From assembly GCF_006345805.1 (NCBI RefSeq), contig NC_042998.1:49848001-49912000 (forward strand): a DNA stretch of 64,000 bases. Reading direction: 5' to 3'. Below, one piece after another: positions 52,917 through 64,000 of this stretch. The position numbers and the translations under genes were made by a program. This DNA comes from Octopus sinensis. Its lineage: Eukaryota. Numbering within the stretch: the stretch's first letter is position 1; each line of letters opens with the position of its first letter. The notes under the pieces are model-generated. The model saw only the letters and a program-made list of their open reading frames with translations. It had not been told where the DNA came from and searched no databases.

Positions 52917-53286
52917 AAGGTACACGCGACTGATGAGGATTACGTCAGAGGAACACGTGACTGCCTGAGGATTTTGTCAAAGGAACACGTGAGCGCTTTA
53001 GTATTACGTTAAAGGTGCTCATGACTGACTGAGAATTACGTTAAAGGAACACGCGATTGCCCGAGGATTACGTCAAAGGAACACGTGACTACTTGAGGAT
53101 TACGTTAAAGGTGCACGTGACAAACTGTGGATTACGTTAAAGGAATAATTGGCTGCCTGAGAATTGCGTTAAAGGAACACGTGACTTACTGGGAATTAAG
53201 TTTAAGAAACACGTGACTGACTGAGAATTACGTTAAGGGAACACGTGAATACCTGAGGATTACATTAAAGGAACACGTGACTTTGG
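52917..53286 (+). repeat. 32-bp minisatellite (11 units) derived from an internal segment of SINE family E
   Basis: Unit GAGGATTACGTTAAAGGAACACGTGACTGACT starting at 52935 plus 32n; runs into the SINE E tail (ACTCAGCCACTT). Confidence 0.88.
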
Positions 53287-54576
53287 AATACTCAGCCACT
53301 TATACACTATTTCAGTGAACCATAGTTCAGTTGATTGAACAGCTGGTTCGAATTTTCAATTCTTATTTATGTTATCTTATTTATGTAACCTTACATAACC
53401 GTTGAATTATGAAAACTTATTGACGAAAACTTATTTACATCCACGTGGCAGGGACTAAAAATAAAGATTTCTTTAGAGAGATTCGAACTTAGAAACGTGT
53501 GATAACAGTCTAGATAGTGTAAAATATTTCATGTAGATTTCTACCGTCTTAGCTTTCTCATGCCTGTCCTCTTATTAACAGTTATAATTGTTATCTCACC
53601 GAATATTCGGTATTTGAGTTTCTTTCCCCAATATTCCGAGCAATAATATGATTTTATTTCTCTCCCAGCTCAACTCCAAAGAACATTTTCATTGCATAGG
53701 TTAGAAATGGAATTTGGTCTTTAAAGGTCTGAATGCGATTTCTAAGAATATAAGCCCTTGGAATCATAGGGCCAGTTGCCCGGTTTCCATGCTGTGTAAG
53801 TCACCAAGATCAGAACATCTTCCCCTGAACGGGACACCAGTCTGTCGCAGGGTTACTTAATTACAGTACAGCTGAGTGGACTGGAGCAACGTGAAACGAA
53901 GTGTTTTTTTCAAAAACATAACACATCGTGTTATGGTCTAGGAATTGAAGCAACTGTTCTGCGATTGTGAATATAACACATTATCCACAAGGCCACGTGC
54001 CCCACCCAGAATATTACAAGCGTAAGGAATTTAAATCTAGTTTCCAAAATAGGTAGGCGATGCACGAAAACTGTGACTGAGTATTAAAGAAACTCTCATG
54101 TAGAATCAATGTGTCATAGAGTGTGACTTGTCTGGCTATATAAATTATAAATGTAATCCCTCCGAGTGGTTTTGCTTGGCAAGAGACTATGATAAAAAAT
54201 ACTTGTCCAAGTTGTCATGTAGTGAGATCGAACTCGGAACCTCGTGATTGGGAGGTGAACTTATTAAACTAAATCATTTGGATATGCTCGCATCTTTTGT
54301 CACTTAATATAGCCAGTCTTCTTGATATCAATATATCCAAAGAACCGAATCAAAGATAAATGAGTTTTCTCCTGTCAGAAACAATGACGAGATATCTTTT
54401 AGATCATACCACGAGCTTTTAGGTAAATAAAAGTCATATTGTACAATGTAGTTTTATATATACAAAGAAGACAAAATGTCCGCGGCTGGATCAACTTTGA
54501 CTGAAAATTCTGTAGGGTCAGAGTGACTTAAGACAAAAAAAAAAGACAAACCAACAACAACAACAGCAGCAACAAA

Positions 54577-54846
54577 AAGCAAAAACAGTTGCAGGTATTG
54601 TCATATTATCAACAGCCAGTCTTTTTTTACTTGCTAGATAATTAGTAAATAAACTATGAAGCTCCTTACCCTTTCCCTCCTCCATGAGGTAGTGATGGTT
54701 ATTCTGAAAGTCCGCCAATCAATTATTACACCAGTCTCACGAGAGTAATAGTTTATTTACTAATCACTTAATAAATAAATAAAAATTGGCTGTCGATAAT
54801 GGGCAAGCACTCAATTACACCACTTCTCTAATAAACCTCGGCATCG
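54577..54846. repeat. ~270-bp non-SINE repeat, copy 1
   Basis: About 90% identical, without indels, to 56032-56301. Confidence 0.9.
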
Positions 54847-55170
54847 CTTGGTTATATTGTTACATCATTACACTATTACATCACTGTATTAACGTGACGC
54901 TTCAATAGGTGGTGAGCTGGTAGAGTCGTTAGCACGCCAAAGTACTTAGTGAGTGCTATTTTGTCTGTCTTCACGTTCTTAGTTTAAATTTCGCTGCGGT
55001 CAGCTTTGCCTTTCATCATTTTGGGCTCGATAAAAGAAGTACCAGTGAAATATAGGGATCGATATAATCGATTTACCTCTCCCTTGAAAAAGCTGTCCTT
55101 GTGCCAAATTTTGAAATCGATGCAACGTTTCACTAGTACACTGTCACACTAATATATCACTAAACTTCAA

Positions 55171-55512
55171 TAAAGAGTAAAGACCCCCTTCGGTCGTGAA
55201 TGACCAGGGGATTGCATTTAGTAAGTTATCCTCCGAGATATAAGTCCAGACAAGTTCTTTATGGAAGTCCAGCAGCCACCTATGCATACCAGCCTCCTCT
55301 CTTCATGCCACCAATATTATCCAAGGAGAAGGCAATGGCCGGTGTAGCTTGGCGCCAGTGACATCGCAATTCATTCCTACAGATAAGTAAACTGGAGCAA
55401 CATGAAATAAAGCGTCTTGCTCAAGAATACAACACACAGCGCGGTCCGGCAATCGAACTTACTATCTCATGATTGTAAGCCCGATGCTCTAACCACTGAG
55501 CCATAGCCTTCA
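55171..55512 (-). mobile_element. CORE-type SINE (family D)
   Basis: Homologous to 52278-52564. Confidence 0.85.
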
Positions 55513-56020
55513 TTTACAGTATTACACTATTAATATACTGCATCGTTTCATCTTTACATCAAGACTGTTACTCCATTGGACTTTGATATAACACCACTGC
55601 ACTAGTATACAATTTCAATATAACACCATTGGTACATTATTGGTTTCAGAATTTTGCACAAGGCCAGCAATTTCAGAGTAGTGGGTAAGATTATATATAT
55701 GAAGCCCAGTGCTCAACTGGTATTTATTTTGTCGATCCCAAAGGAATGAAAGGCAAAGTCGACCTTGGCGGCATTCGAACTCAGAACAGAAAGACGGATG
55801 AAATGCCACTAAGCATTCGACCCGGTGTACGATCACTTCTGCTAGCTCACCGCCTTACTCTTGATACATAATTTACACTATAGTACACTACATAATGTAC
55901 ATTTTATTACACTACTAGTAAATAGGTTTCAAATTTTGACACCGGGGCTGCAATTTCGAGGGAGGGGAGAAGTCGATTACATCGACACCTCGTACTCAAC
56001 TGGTCACTTTTTTTATCGAC

Positions 56021-56301
56021 AAAACAACACTAAGCAAAAGCAATTACAGGTATGGTCATATTATCAACGGCTAATTTTTTTTTACTTGCTAAAGAATTAG
56101 TAAATAGACTATGACACTCCTTATCCTTTCCCTCCTCCATGAGGTAGTGATTGATATTCTGAAAGTCCGCCAATCAATTATTACACCACTCTCACGAGAG
56201 TAATAGCTTATTTACTAATCATTTAATAAATGAATAGAAATTGGCTGTCGATAATGGGCAAGTGCTCAATTGCACCACTTTTCTAATAAACCGCGACATC
56301 G
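56021..56301. repeat. ~270-bp non-SINE repeat, copy 2, inserted inside a family A SINE
   Basis: The SINE A halves lie at 55920-56020 and 56302-56418. Confidence 0.88.
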
Positions 56302-56448
56302 AGAAGATGAAAGGCATAGCCAACTTCGGTAGAATTTGAACTCAGAACATAATGACGGACGAAATGCCGCTAAGCGTTTTCCTCGGTATGCTAATGATTC
56401 TGCCGGGTCACCGCCTTATACTACTACTATATTAAACATTTAAAAATA

Positions 56449-56682
56449 TAAGGCGGCGAGCTGGCAGAAACGTTAGCACGCCGGGCGAAATGCGTTGCCG
56501 TATTTCGTCTGCCGTTTCGTTCCGAGTTCAAATTCCGCCGAGGTCGACTTTGCCTTTCATCCTTCCGGGGTCGATAAAATAAGTACCAGTTACGCAATGG
56601 AGTCGATGTAATCGACTTAATCCGTTTGTCTCTCCTTGTTTGTCTCCTCTGTGTTTAGCCCCTTGTGGGTAGTAAAGAAATA
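56449..56682 (+). mobile_element. SINE family A, near-consensus, 15-bp TSD
   Basis: TATATTAAACATTTA at 56428-56442 and 56683-56697. Confidence 0.93.
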
Positions 56683-57872
56683 TATATTAAACATTTACTC
56701 ATATGACTGGTTACCCGTTTTCCATGGCGTATATAAGTGACCGACATTACAACATTCCCGCAAGCGGGTCACTGATCCGTTACCGGCTTCATGACTAACA
56801 AATTTTGAGGGTAGAGGTAGGGCAGGTCGATTACATCGACCCTAGTACTTGATTGCTACTTTATTTTATGGACCCCCACCCCGAAGGGATGATAGACAAA
56901 GTTGACCATGATGGGATTTGAACTCTGTACCTAAAGAGCTGGAAGAAACGCCGCTTAGTATTTTGTCCACGTGCTAGCGATTCTGTCAGCCCGTCGCCTT
57001 AGTACATTAATACATCTCTATTTTTACTATTACATCACAACACAACTTGCTAAATTATCAGATTTCTGTACTGCCACATGAATTGCACTATACTGTTAAA
57101 CCACTACAATACGATATTACAGCATTATATTGCACTAAGAACAAGAATAATCACTACGGTACGATTCTGTACTGTTTCCTTTTGCTAAATGTTACTCTCA
57201 AGGCGTTAGTCGACTCGGAGTTATGTTACAGGACACTTTCCCGAACTATCACGTAGTTTAGGATCTAACTTAAAACTACTCGTTGTGGAGCTAACATAAG
57301 CTGCCCACTCTGCTTGGTACTTATTTTATTAAGTACTTTGATGAAACGAAAAGCTAAGTCGACTTCTGTGAGATTTGAACTCAGGATTTAAAGCAATGTA
57401 GCTAAATACAGCAAAGCAAAGCATTTTATCCGGCACTCTGAAAATTTTTAGAACTGATCCGAAAATACTTTGAAGAGGAATTGTGTTAATCAACATTAAC
57501 ATATCCCCCAGTATAGGCCTGGTATTCCCTTTATCATCCTTTGGGAAGATATCAAAGCAAAACCAACTGCGATTAGAACACGAAAATAGGAATCTACTAG
57601 CTATAAAATAAATACTCTTGCTCTTTGACGTTTGTTCCGACATCTATGCATTCTAATAGTGATAGTGATAGCAACATTAGCCGTGACCAAGTCATTAACA
57701 ACAACAACACCAGCACCAACATCAACGGAGAAAACATACAAACAAAAAGCGAATGAGTATGCATCACATACGCTCGATTCTCAACGCTGTGGCGCTGCTT
57801 CTTAATTAGAGAATCCAATTCACCTGCCAACATTTACAATGAAACCTAAACTTATATTCTCAAAGGACTCAC

Positions 57873-58013
57873 CCTCCTTTTCACTGTCTGAGCTGTTTTC
57901 CAAGAAACAATTGCCAACAATGCAGACTTTGACCTTTCTTTCTTGTACACTTGCCAGATTTTTACGTCTCCGTTTGAGGTTGGTCAAAACGAAGAAATGC
58001 GAAACTATAACCG
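57873..58013 (-). CDS. candidate internal coding exon (141 or 132 nt, phase 1-1)
   Basis: Pyrimidine-rich tract plus AG, open frame VIVSHFFVLTNLKRRRKNLASVQERKVKVCIVGNCFLENSSDSEKE, donor G/GTGAGT; no homolog recognised. Confidence 0.3.
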
Positions 58014-58908
58014 CTATTTGGCACCGGCACCAAAAGAGACAACCAAGAACATATAAAAATAAAATAGACTAAATAATTCTCTATCATTATGGCTGTGATT
58101 GTTGTTGTTGTTACTGTTGAGGCAATTATTATTATTATTATTATCATTATTATTGTGGTTGTTGGTTGATGGATACCTCATCCACTAAGAAAAGTGTCGT
58201 CGGCAAAAGTTATCTCAAGAATGACTCAACCATTGAGCGTTTTGAATGAAATTAGAATAAAGTGAATCTTAAGAAATTGCAGGAATAATATCATTAGAAT
58301 CCCTTTAAAGAGAGAATGCCATTCCATTCCATTCCATTCCATCCCCACCACCTGTTTATTTTAAGTTGGTTTCCTGCAATAGGAAGAGGCAGAATAGAGG
58401 AAAGGTTTAGATAATTCAATTACTACCTCTTTGGCCACCATATTATATAAGTTTTCAGCATTCTGTTATTATTGTGGGTTGCTTAATCCCAAGTCAGCTC
58501 TTAATAGAGTAGACCTATGACCAAGGGGCTCTAGCTATAACCATCGCAAGTTATTTTTCAGACGATGTATCCTCAAAAGACATTATCTAATGTCACCTCC
58601 TGTTTAATGTGGAGCGATATGGTTTGAAATGAATTTGACTGTTACTTCTGGCAGATCTAACGATAAGCAGAGATGCTTCTCTATCGATTCAGTTTTGTTG
58701 TTGTCGTTGTTGCTGTTTAAACTTAGGAGGCCCCTGACCAAGTGAACCATTGTTCGAAGATATTCTATCCGCGCTCGAATTCACTAGAGAAGAAACCAGT
58801 TCATTTCGTCTCATTTTTGCAAAGAAGTTAGTTTTATTTTGGAACGATTTGGCTGCCGTTTCCAGTAGGTCGACAGACTACTTCTTACTCGCGCGTGCGC
58901 TTATGTAG

Positions 58909-58958
<50 letters not shown>

Positions 58959-59071
58959 TTGATGGTGATGATGATGATGTACCACGCTAGGTTATGCCCG
59001 CGTGCAGCTATATGTATATGCAACTTCAAATTTAATACGTATTTGCGCAGCTTTTGTTGTAAATAAACTAT

Positions 59072-59117
<46 letters not shown>

Positions 59118-59814
59118 GGTGCTGCTACTGCTGATATTGTTACTATATTTAACATTGACGCAGTTGTGTTTTGCTTGGAGTAACGTAAGAGAGTTGGTTG
59201 GTGGGTGTGAGAAGTAATCTGTTGTCCTGTGATTGTGATGGTTGTAGTGGTAGTGGCGCGGTGGTGGCGGTAAGGATGATGATGATGAAGGTGGCTATCG
59301 TAATAATGATGATGAAAGTGGCTAGCATAATGACGACGACGACGACAACGACGTTGATGGTGTTAGCGGTTACTTCGATGTTAGGCGAGGTAATAGTGGT
59401 TGTTGAATACACGAATGCTTATAAAACAATAAGAATTCTTATCGGAATCCTCACCTAAGCTATCACTGCTGCTGCCGATGTTATAAAATTGCGATAGGAA
59501 ATAAAAGCAAACTAAGAATATATGTAAGGATAAAAAGGAAACCTATGCAAAATTCATATATATCTGATTAATGACGTCAAAGCTCGGAATTTCTGTGTTC
59601 CGGTGTAGAGTGGGATGACGTGTGTTGAGGCGCAGTTGTGTGACGTGTGGTGTGGTGAGGTATGAGAGAGTGATGTGTGGCTTGTGTTAAGGTGTGGTGA
59701 TGAGACTTGGAAAAGTTTGGGAGCCTGAGATGAAGTGTGGTGAGTGAGGTTCGATAAGAAAAAAAAAGCGTGGTATGGTGCTGTGAGGTACATGTAATGT
59801 GCTATGGTAATTTT

Positions 59815-59995
59815 GTCTGCCGGTACGTTCTGAGTTCAAATTCCGCCGAGGTCGACTTTGCCTTTCATCCTTTCGGGGTCGATTAAATAAGTACCAGTTA
59901 CGCACTGGGGTCGATGTAATCGACTTAATCCCTTTGTCTGTTCTTCTTTGTCCCCTCTGTGTTTAGCCCCCTGTGGGTAATAAAGAAATAGGTAA
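59815..59995 (+). mobile_element. SINE family A, headless copy
   Basis: Starts near GGTAATTTTGTCTGCC, i.e. at about the same point as the headless multimer units. Confidence 0.88.
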
Positions 59996-60149
59996 TAGTG
60001 ACTTGCGGTTTGGTACCGTGAGGAATGTGTAATGAGGAAAGGTGTAATGAGGTGACTTGCGGTTTGGGTCGTTCGTGGTGAGTTCAAATGGTGTAGGGAA
60101 AGTATGCTGTACTGACTGTGGTGACTTTCGGAGTGCTGTGACTGTATAA

Positions 60150-60348
60150 CTCTTTTACTTGTTTCAGTCATTTGACTGCGGCCATGCTGGAGCACCGCCT
60201 TTAGTCGAGCAACTCAACCCCGGGACTTATTCTTTTGTAAGCCCAGTACTTACTCTATCGGCCTCTATTGCCGAACCGCTAAGTGACGGGGACATAAACA
60301 CACCAGCATCGGTTGTCAAGCAATGCTAGGGGGACAAACACAGACACA

Positions 60349-60388
<40 letters not shown>

Positions 60389-60561
60389 CATATATACGAC
60401 TGGCGTCTTTCAGTTTTCCGTCTACCAAATCCACTCACAAGGCTTTGGTCGGCCCGAGGCTATAGTAGAAGACACTTGCCCAAGGTGCAACGCAGTGGGA
60501 CTGAACCCAGAACCATGTGGTTGGTAAACAAGCTACTTACCACACAGCCACTCCTGCACCT
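60150..60561 (-). mobile_element. SINE family B, full length
   Basis: Family B consensus. Confidence 0.93.
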
Positions 60562-60850
60562 GTTAAGAAGAAATGTGGAGGTATGTTAAGGAGAAATGTG
60601 GAGCTGTGGAGAGGTGAGGATTGGTGAAGTGTTGTTGTATGGGATGGATAGACGTAGCGTATTGTAGTTCGATGATGTGGTCGTCCGAAGTGTGGTTCTG
60701 AGGAGCGAGGTGTGATGTGCCTGACAGTGGTGGTGTGTTGTATTGTTCTGAGTTATGAAATGGCGCAGGATGAAGTGTTGTGAGGTGAGATATGTGTTGT
60801 GAGTGTGTTGAGGTGTGATGTACATATTTGCATTAAACGTACATATTTAC

Positions 60851-61090
60851 ATTTAAACTGCTCCACGTGCATTTATACTGTTCCGCGTTGATTTATACTG
60901 CTCCGTGTTGATTTATACTGCTCCACGTTGATTTATACTGCTCAACGTGGATTTATACTGCTCAATGTGGATTTATACTGCTCAACGTGGATTTATACTG
61001 CTCCACGTTGATTTATACTGCTCCACGTAGATTTATACTGCTCCACGTTGATTTATACTGCTCAACGTGGATTTATACTGCTCCACGTCA
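60851..61090 (+). repeat. 20-bp minisatellite, 12 units, ending in a hairpin
   Basis: ATTTATACTGCTCCACGTTG units at 60851 plus 20n; CATGTCCTG-TGGAG-CAGGACATG at 61089-61111. Confidence 0.95.
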
Positions 61091-61330
61091 TGTCCTGTGG
61101 AGCAGGACATGCACGTGAAGAGTTGGAACAAATTTCAAACACAAACATAGAAACACTAAGAAAGATTCTTGCAAATAGACATATGCATTCGTGGACATAC
61201 AACACATATATTATTCATGAAAATCGTTTAAGCAGTTATGCAAAAAATATATTTACGAGCCCTAGCTGTCTTTTTTGCAGCCACATCGTCCAAACCGACC
61301 GGGTGAAACCGGTGTTAGCTGTTAGTATAT

Positions 61331-61371
<41 letters not shown>

Positions 61372-61377
<6 letters not shown>

Positions 61378-62088
61378 GCGTATATAGGTACAAGACGTTA
61401 CCAATAGTAAGCAACATGAAATACGAAAACAAATGAGTTAAATATGCAAATAACGAGAGAAAAAATAGAAAACAAGACAAGTAATACAAAGAACGGCCCT
61501 TCATCAGTTGTCGGCTATCTATCTACTCTCCATTTCGAGCAATCAAGGACAATATGAGTCCTCGAAGACAGTTGTCCCATAAATACCAAAATATAATTTT
61601 GGATTTATGGAGGCTCAAAGATAGAAACGAAAACAGGACAGTGGAGACATACAAGGAAACCGAACGAAAACGAACATGGAGTGTCATTAGACCCGACCGA
61701 GGGGAAAATTGTGAACGCGGAGAGAAAAATTGTCTTTGAAAAGAGAAAAGATAGAAGAGAGTGATAGGAGACGTCCAATCATGAGAAGATCCGTACAGGA
61801 AAGAAAGATGGACGATGGTTACATGTGAGCAACGAGAGAGAGAGAGTAAAAAACAAAAAGAGGGAGAGAGAGAGAGAGAGAGAGAGATAGAAAACGGTGA
61901 AAGGGAGAAAAAGGGAATCAGAGAGGATGGGGGAAGAAAACAGTATAGAGTCGCATCAAAAAGGTAAGGATAAACTTACTTGGAAATGGAGCCGAGGCGT
62001 TCAATTAAATAATAATATAAATAATATATATATAATAATATATATATATATAAATAATATATATATATAAATAATATATATATATATA

Positions 62089-62132
<44 letters not shown>

Positions 62133-62296
62133 GTGCATATATGGGTATAGGACATCACTAACAGTAAACAGCATGAAATACGAAAACAAATGAATTAAAT
62201 ATGCAAATAACGAGAGGAAAGTAGAAAACAAGACAAGTAGTACAAAGAATGACCCTTCATCAGTTGTCGGCTGTTTGTCTACTCCCCATTTCGAGC
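61372..62296. repeat. pair of ~170-bp direct repeats (61372-61540, 62128-62296) of an unclassified element
   Basis: Shared GAAATACGAAAACAAATGA...CCCTTCATCAGTTGTCGGCT...CATTTCGAGC. Confidence 0.85.
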
Positions 62297-62605
62297 AAAC
62301 ACATATATGATATCCGTATATAACAATTTAAACTGATTCATATATAATATAATTATACATGTACACATTAGTACATGCTCATTTATACATACATCAACTA
62401 CAAAACATACCACCTTAGACAATTATATACTTACATAGTTAACAATTATACACATATATACGCAGTCTCTCTTTCTCCCTCTCTCTCACTCACTCACCCC
62501 CTCTCTCTTTCACACACACATATATATATATATATATTAGGCAAGACAAATACATTAGAATTACCGGCAGCATGAATTCGGAGAAAAATCAAAGAAAGGT
62601 TTATT

Positions 62606-62912
62606 GGCACTCCCTCGGTTACGACTATGAGGGTTCCAGTTAATCCGATCGACAGAACAGCCTACTGGTGAAATCAACGTGTAAGTGGCTGAGCACTCCA
62701 CAAACACATGTACCCTTAACGTAGTTCTCGGGGAGATTCAGCGTGACACAGAGTGTGACAAGGCTAGCCCTTTGAAATACAGGTACTACTCATTTTTGCC
62801 AGCTGAGTGGTGGAGTGGAGCAACGTGTCTTGCTCAAGGACACAACGTGTCTCCGTGAATTGAACTAACGATCGTGAGACGACTGTCCTAACCACTAAGC
62901 CACGCACCTTCA
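62606..62912 (-). mobile_element. CORE-type SINE (family E)
   Basis: Homologous to 45253-45575. Confidence 0.87.
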
Positions 62913-63111
62913 CAAAGGTATATTAAACACCATATAACAGAAATTCCTAGTTTATTAAGATTATCTTCTCTTGGAGAAGCAGTAAACAAACTGTCCGGTG
63001 GCAACCGCAATCACCGAATGAGCACTCTTGGTAATCTTCATTAAAAAAATAATGTCCCTATTTGATATGCCATTAAAGAAAGGACAGTCGACGTTTTTTC
63101 TTTCTGGAGAC

Positions 63112-63141
63112 ACGCGTTTCTGCCACAATATGCATCATCAG
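63112..63141 (-). ncRNA. minimal hammerhead core, stem I not evident
   Basis: CTGATGA-TGC-ATATTGTG-GCA-GAA-ACGCGT; position 17 is G and the flanks pair poorly. Confidence 0.45.
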
Positions 63142-64000
63142 CGCTGCAGCTTTCCTACCTTTACTAAGATATAAGATTTAGACATATCCATAAAGACTAG
63201 AGAAAATTTATTGCCTAAGGTAATTTGCATAATTCAAACGCAAATGAGCTAAAAGAAATCAATTAGAGTTGCCAGTGACAGAGAACTGATGTCCATACAT
63301 GTATGTCTACACACACACACATACACACGTACACCACAAGCAAGAGTGCTTAGTTTTGGGCAGATCTACGCATCAGTCTCTTGACTACATCATCACATAT
63401 ACAGAACCAGATGATATGACATCTATCTTATGTGAGTTTTATGTGATTTTTCGCAATAACACATGACATTTCAAATAGTAGAACTTTAGGATTTTATGGA
63501 TATTGATAAGAAAAAGCAGAGGATGTGATAAAAATAAAAATATATTCTCGAAAATTAAGTAGATTGCAGTAAGGAAATTAAATTTATGAGATTCGATTAT
63601 ATTTTCACTAGAATGCCTTTAGTTTTTCTGATTTCTTGAAATGACTGGCATAAACACACACACACACACACTCACACACATATATGCGTGTGTATATATA
63701 TAAACATACTGAGTTCAAGAAAAACATAGACATAAACATACACACACACATACACACACACAAAGAAATATTTATTTATAAATCTATGTGTGAGTATGCG
63801 TGTAATTATGTGCTTGTCTGTGTGTCTCCATGAGTGCACTTTTCTGTGATCAGTATATATATAAATATATATACACACAACACGCACACACACATACATA
63901 CATACATACATATCTACATGGATACATGCATGCATGTATCCATATATATATACATACATGCTCACATACATGTGTGCGTATGTATATATATATATATATA

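Noticed and set aside
54684-54705. TGAGGTAGT let-7-like seed in the 270-bp repeat (also at ~56139)
   Set aside because: Only 9 nt match and no pre-miRNA hairpin can be formed with the flanks.
52917-61090. CRISPR interpretation of the 32-bp and 20-bp arrays
   Set aside because: Contiguous tandem units without unique spacers, no cas genes, eukaryotic context.
61495-61540. Hammerhead in the 61372/62128 repeat
   Set aside because: The order GAAA..CTGATGA would need type II topology, but stems I and III cannot form.

Overview
AT-rich, microsatellite-dense eukaryotic DNA with no prokaryotic gene architecture, CRISPR arrays, rRNA or intact tRNA genes. The repeat content suggests a coleoid cephalopod such as Octopus (inference). 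Most entries in the ORF track are artefacts of simple repeats. Supported content: one full-length but frameshifted mariner; Penelope-like retroelement fragments; RLE-type non-LTR retrotransposon fragments (HERO-like and R4/Dong-like, one nested in the other); a non-autonomous Helitron; an LTR-type fragment with a tRNA-Leu PBS and a zinc-knuckle gag-like ORF; dozens of tRNA-derived SINE copies from about six families; about seven type-I hammerhead ribozyme motifs, mostly degenerate; several minisatellites and a 232-bp foldback; and one convincing protein-coding terminal exon (34995-35762, minus) of an unidentified gene with a repeated WRLSPQC-x-EP-x-D motif. Best leads: an RLE retrotransposon apparently targeting (TACA)n arrays, the hammerhead collection, 183-bp headless SINE multimers, a SINE-derived minisatellite, and the novel exon motif. 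Family assignments come from motifs recognised by eye, with no database search.
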